64,000 bases of DNA from Paragordius varius (taxonomy: Eukaryota; Animalia; Nematomorpha), in contig OZ176053.1 of assembly GCA_964247055.1 (NCBI GenBank), forward strand, positions 744,001 to 808,000, in the 5' to 3' direction. Shown here in pieces: positions 61,301-64,000 of the stretch (the stretch's first letter is position 1; the number at the start of each line of letters is the position of its first letter). The translations under genes and the position numbers were made by a program. Under the pieces are notes generated by a model that searched no databases, had not been told where the DNA came from, and worked only from the letters and a program-made list of their open reading frames with translations.

Positions 61301-63394
61301 TTTGATTTATTTTGCTAAATATTTATTTTTTTTAATGTGTTATATCAGCTCTATTAGACGATCTAGATAAAGAATTAAATAATTATGTAATGCGTTGTCG
61401 AGAATGGTATGGTTGGCATTTCCCTGAACTCGGAAAAATTGTTGCAGACCACGTGACTTACGCTAAAATAGTCAAATCCTTGGGTAATTTATAATAAAAC
61501 AAATTTATAAAAAAAATGAAACTTAAAATGTAAATCATGAAAATATGGGCTAATTTATTAAAAGTTACTACTCATTTGGTATTGTTGCTGTTTTTGTATA
61601 TAATACTGAGAAGAAAATTTTTACTAAATTTTAAAATAAGCATCGTTAAATTAGGAGATATAAGGCCAAACATGATAATTTGATAGATTGTACTATAATA
61701 CTTTTTAAGTTAAGGCTTTAAAAAAGTCTTGTTTTTTTACTTACCTTCAATTTTTAATTTAAATAAAAGATTTGAGCTATGATTTGGTAATTTTTTAACG
61801 TAACAATACTGTGTTTAACGTTTGTAAAAAAATTTAGATTTTGTTTTTCCTATTTTATGCCTTGTTTTTTTAGATTTTTATAAAATGTTCTTTTTTTAAT
61901 TGAATAGGAATGCGTACGAATGCGCCATCTACCGATCTTTCCTCCCTGGTATCTGAAGACGTGGAGGAACAAATACGAAATGCTGCTCAAATCTCAATGG
62001 GAACCGAAATTTCTGACGAAGATATTAGCAATATCATTTTTATGTGTGGACAGGTTTAAAGATTTATATTTCTAAAAGAGATTTATTTAAAAATTTAAAA
62101 AAAATTCAATTATTTGAAAATAATTTTCCAGAAAAGTTTAATATTTTCATATATAGACTGGTTGATAATATTGATTTTTAACACAAATTTATTTAAGATT
62201 ATTAAAAAATCTATTTTAAACTTATATTATGCATGTAATAAAAACTTTATACATTAAAAATGAAATTAAGAAATGTAAAAACTAAAATACAAATATTTTT
62301 TTTCAACAAAAATATTTCATACTCCCTTGCCTGTATTTTTTGTGAATTTTTTACCCAATTTTTTGTAAGATAATCTATCGTTTTGAATTAAATTTCAATA
62401 CACTCAATTATATTATATTTAATTATGGAAGAAAAATCTAGTTGTAAGGGTATGCTCTTTTATTCGTATAATTTCAATTGTTACTCTATTTATTTGTCCA
62501 AATGTATTATTAAGCTAATCGAAATAGCAAAAAATTAATTTTGAAAAACAATTGACTATATATATACTATTGGACCATTCAAACTTTTTTATTATTTTTC
62601 TTTAGATTCTAGAAATGGTGGATTATAGAGCACAACTGTTTGAGTATTTGAGAAATCGTGTAATGGCAATTGCTCCTAATTTAGCTGTCCTGGTTGGCGA
62701 ATTAGTTGCGGCCAGGCTTATAGCTCATGCGGGTAAATTCGTTTTATTTTTTGTAACAATTAGTATTGATAATATTTAAAGCGTTGAGAATTTTTTAAAT
62801 TTCTAATAAAATATTGGTGAAAGATTATAATATGGTATATTCTTAAGTAATTTTTGTTACCATTTTACAGTAAAAATGAAATAATAATGTAGACAAAACT
62901 TGAAAACATAAAGACAAATAATATTTTTTGAAAAAAAAGACAAAAAATTATACTTTTTTAAACTTGATTTTTTTCACATATAATTCATTGTTGTAATCTG
63001 CAAAGTATAAAATAAAAATTTAAAATGGTAACATACATTCAATTATATATTTTACAATTGTAATAATTTAGGTTATGGAAAAAAATCAAGGTGGTTAGTA
63101 AAATATGGCTGCCATTTTTTTTAAGTTTGCATTTATAATTTTTACCCAATCTATTTTTTCCCCCTAAATTTTTATATTTCTGTGATAGAGAATTCGTTTT
63201 AATTTTATATTTTAACCCCTTTTAATCAAGGTTCCCTAATAAATTTGGCCAAATGTCCAGCATCTACCGTTCAAATTCTGGGTTCTGAAAAGGCCATGTT
63301 CCGCGCCCTTAAAACGAAGCACAATACCCCCAAGTATGGACTTTTATTTCATGCTACGCTTGTGGGCCAAGCTACTCAAAAGAATAAAGGAAGG
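58304..63394 (+). CDS. NOP58: Nucleolar protein 58 (box C/D snoRNP), exons 1-10; continues beyond window
   Basis: Exons 58304-58348, 58380-58456, 58479-58531, 58557-58681, 60106-60242, 60340-60404, 61349-61483, 61908-62053, 62606-62732, 63231-63394. Reads [90 protein letters not shown]. Confidence 0.96.
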
Positions 63395-63445
63395 GTAAGT
63401 TTTCGATAATATAAAAGTTAATTTGTACGGGCAAAATGTTAAAAT

Positions 63446-63790
63446 ATACCATTTACAGTTCAAATTCACCCTTGAACAATTCAAATTTACCCTCGTACAA
63501 TTCAAATTCACCCTTGAACAATTCAAATTTATCCTCGAAAAATTCAAATTCACCCTAAAAATAAATTGTGTATTTTCGAACTAATATAACTCATTATTTT
63601 TATGAAATATATGTTTATGTTATAGTTTATTATTTTTTCAGTATTATTTAAATTTAAATCAAAATTTTTATTTTTTAAAAATATATAAAAATATTGGTAA
63701 TTTTTAATCTCAAAAACATATATTTTATTTGAGGGTGAATTTGAATTGTTCGAGGGTGAATTTGAATTGTTTAAAGGTAAAATTGAATTG
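63446..63790. mobile_element. MITE with 21-bp subterminal tandem repeats (ATACCATTTACA TIR family)
   Basis: AATTCAAATTCACCCTTGAAC x~5 at 63458-63555, mirrored by GAGGGTGAATTTGAATTGTT x~3 at 63731-63790. Shorter copy at ~59812-60075; relics at ~6180-6245 and ~27105-27170. Confidence 0.7.
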
Positions 63791-64000
63791 TAAATGTTAA
63801 AATATAAATACAAATATTTTTTTTGAAAAAGACTAACTTACTTTTTTAAACTTTAGTAGTTTTTCTAATATAAAATATTTAATTACGCCTGGAATATGTA
63901 AAGTTGATTGTGTTACCAATATACATATATAATACATATACTTATAAATTTAAAACAATAAACAATAATTAAAAAAATTAAGATTGAAAAAGTATGGTTT

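Noticed and set aside
58682-63230. Box C/D snoRNAs in NOP58 introns
   Set aside because: No RTGATGA...CTGA pair with terminal stem was found by eye; a proper scan is still needed.
63344-63813. Track ORFs 63344-63553 and 63550-63813
   Set aside because: Their repetitive peptides are translations of 21-bp MITE subrepeats inside a NOP58 intron.

Overview
This is very AT-rich, intron-containing eukaryotic DNA, most likely from an animal because it carries a headcase gene. Five genes can be assembled by hand. Ferroportin (SLC40A1) is present twice in a >=10 kb direct segmental duplication with about 20.9 kb offset. Copy A is intact; copy B has a TGG>TAG nonsense change. Pyruvate dehydrogenase E1-alpha (8 exons, minus strand) lies head-to-head, 122 bp apart, with an intronless BRAP2/IMP RING-ZnF-UBP gene. 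The window also holds an intronless headcase (HECA) gene and the first 10 exons of NOP58. Introns are bimodal: frame-required GT-AG micro-introns of 22-31 nt at the 5' ends of NOP58 and PDHA, and longer introns, many holding a Tc1/mariner-type MITE. The best non-coding finding is a type I hammerhead ribozyme at about 42994-43038, with a full catalytic core and a palindromic minimal stem III. It sits in a foldback element whose ~175-bp hairpin is capped by a second, core-mutated hammerhead on the other strand, resembling Penelope-like or retrozyme elements. Other features are a 1.54-kb insertion with a 16-bp TSD, an orphan PDHA last exon, satellites, several MITE families and RTE-LINE relics. 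Protein identities come from recalled motifs, not database searches.
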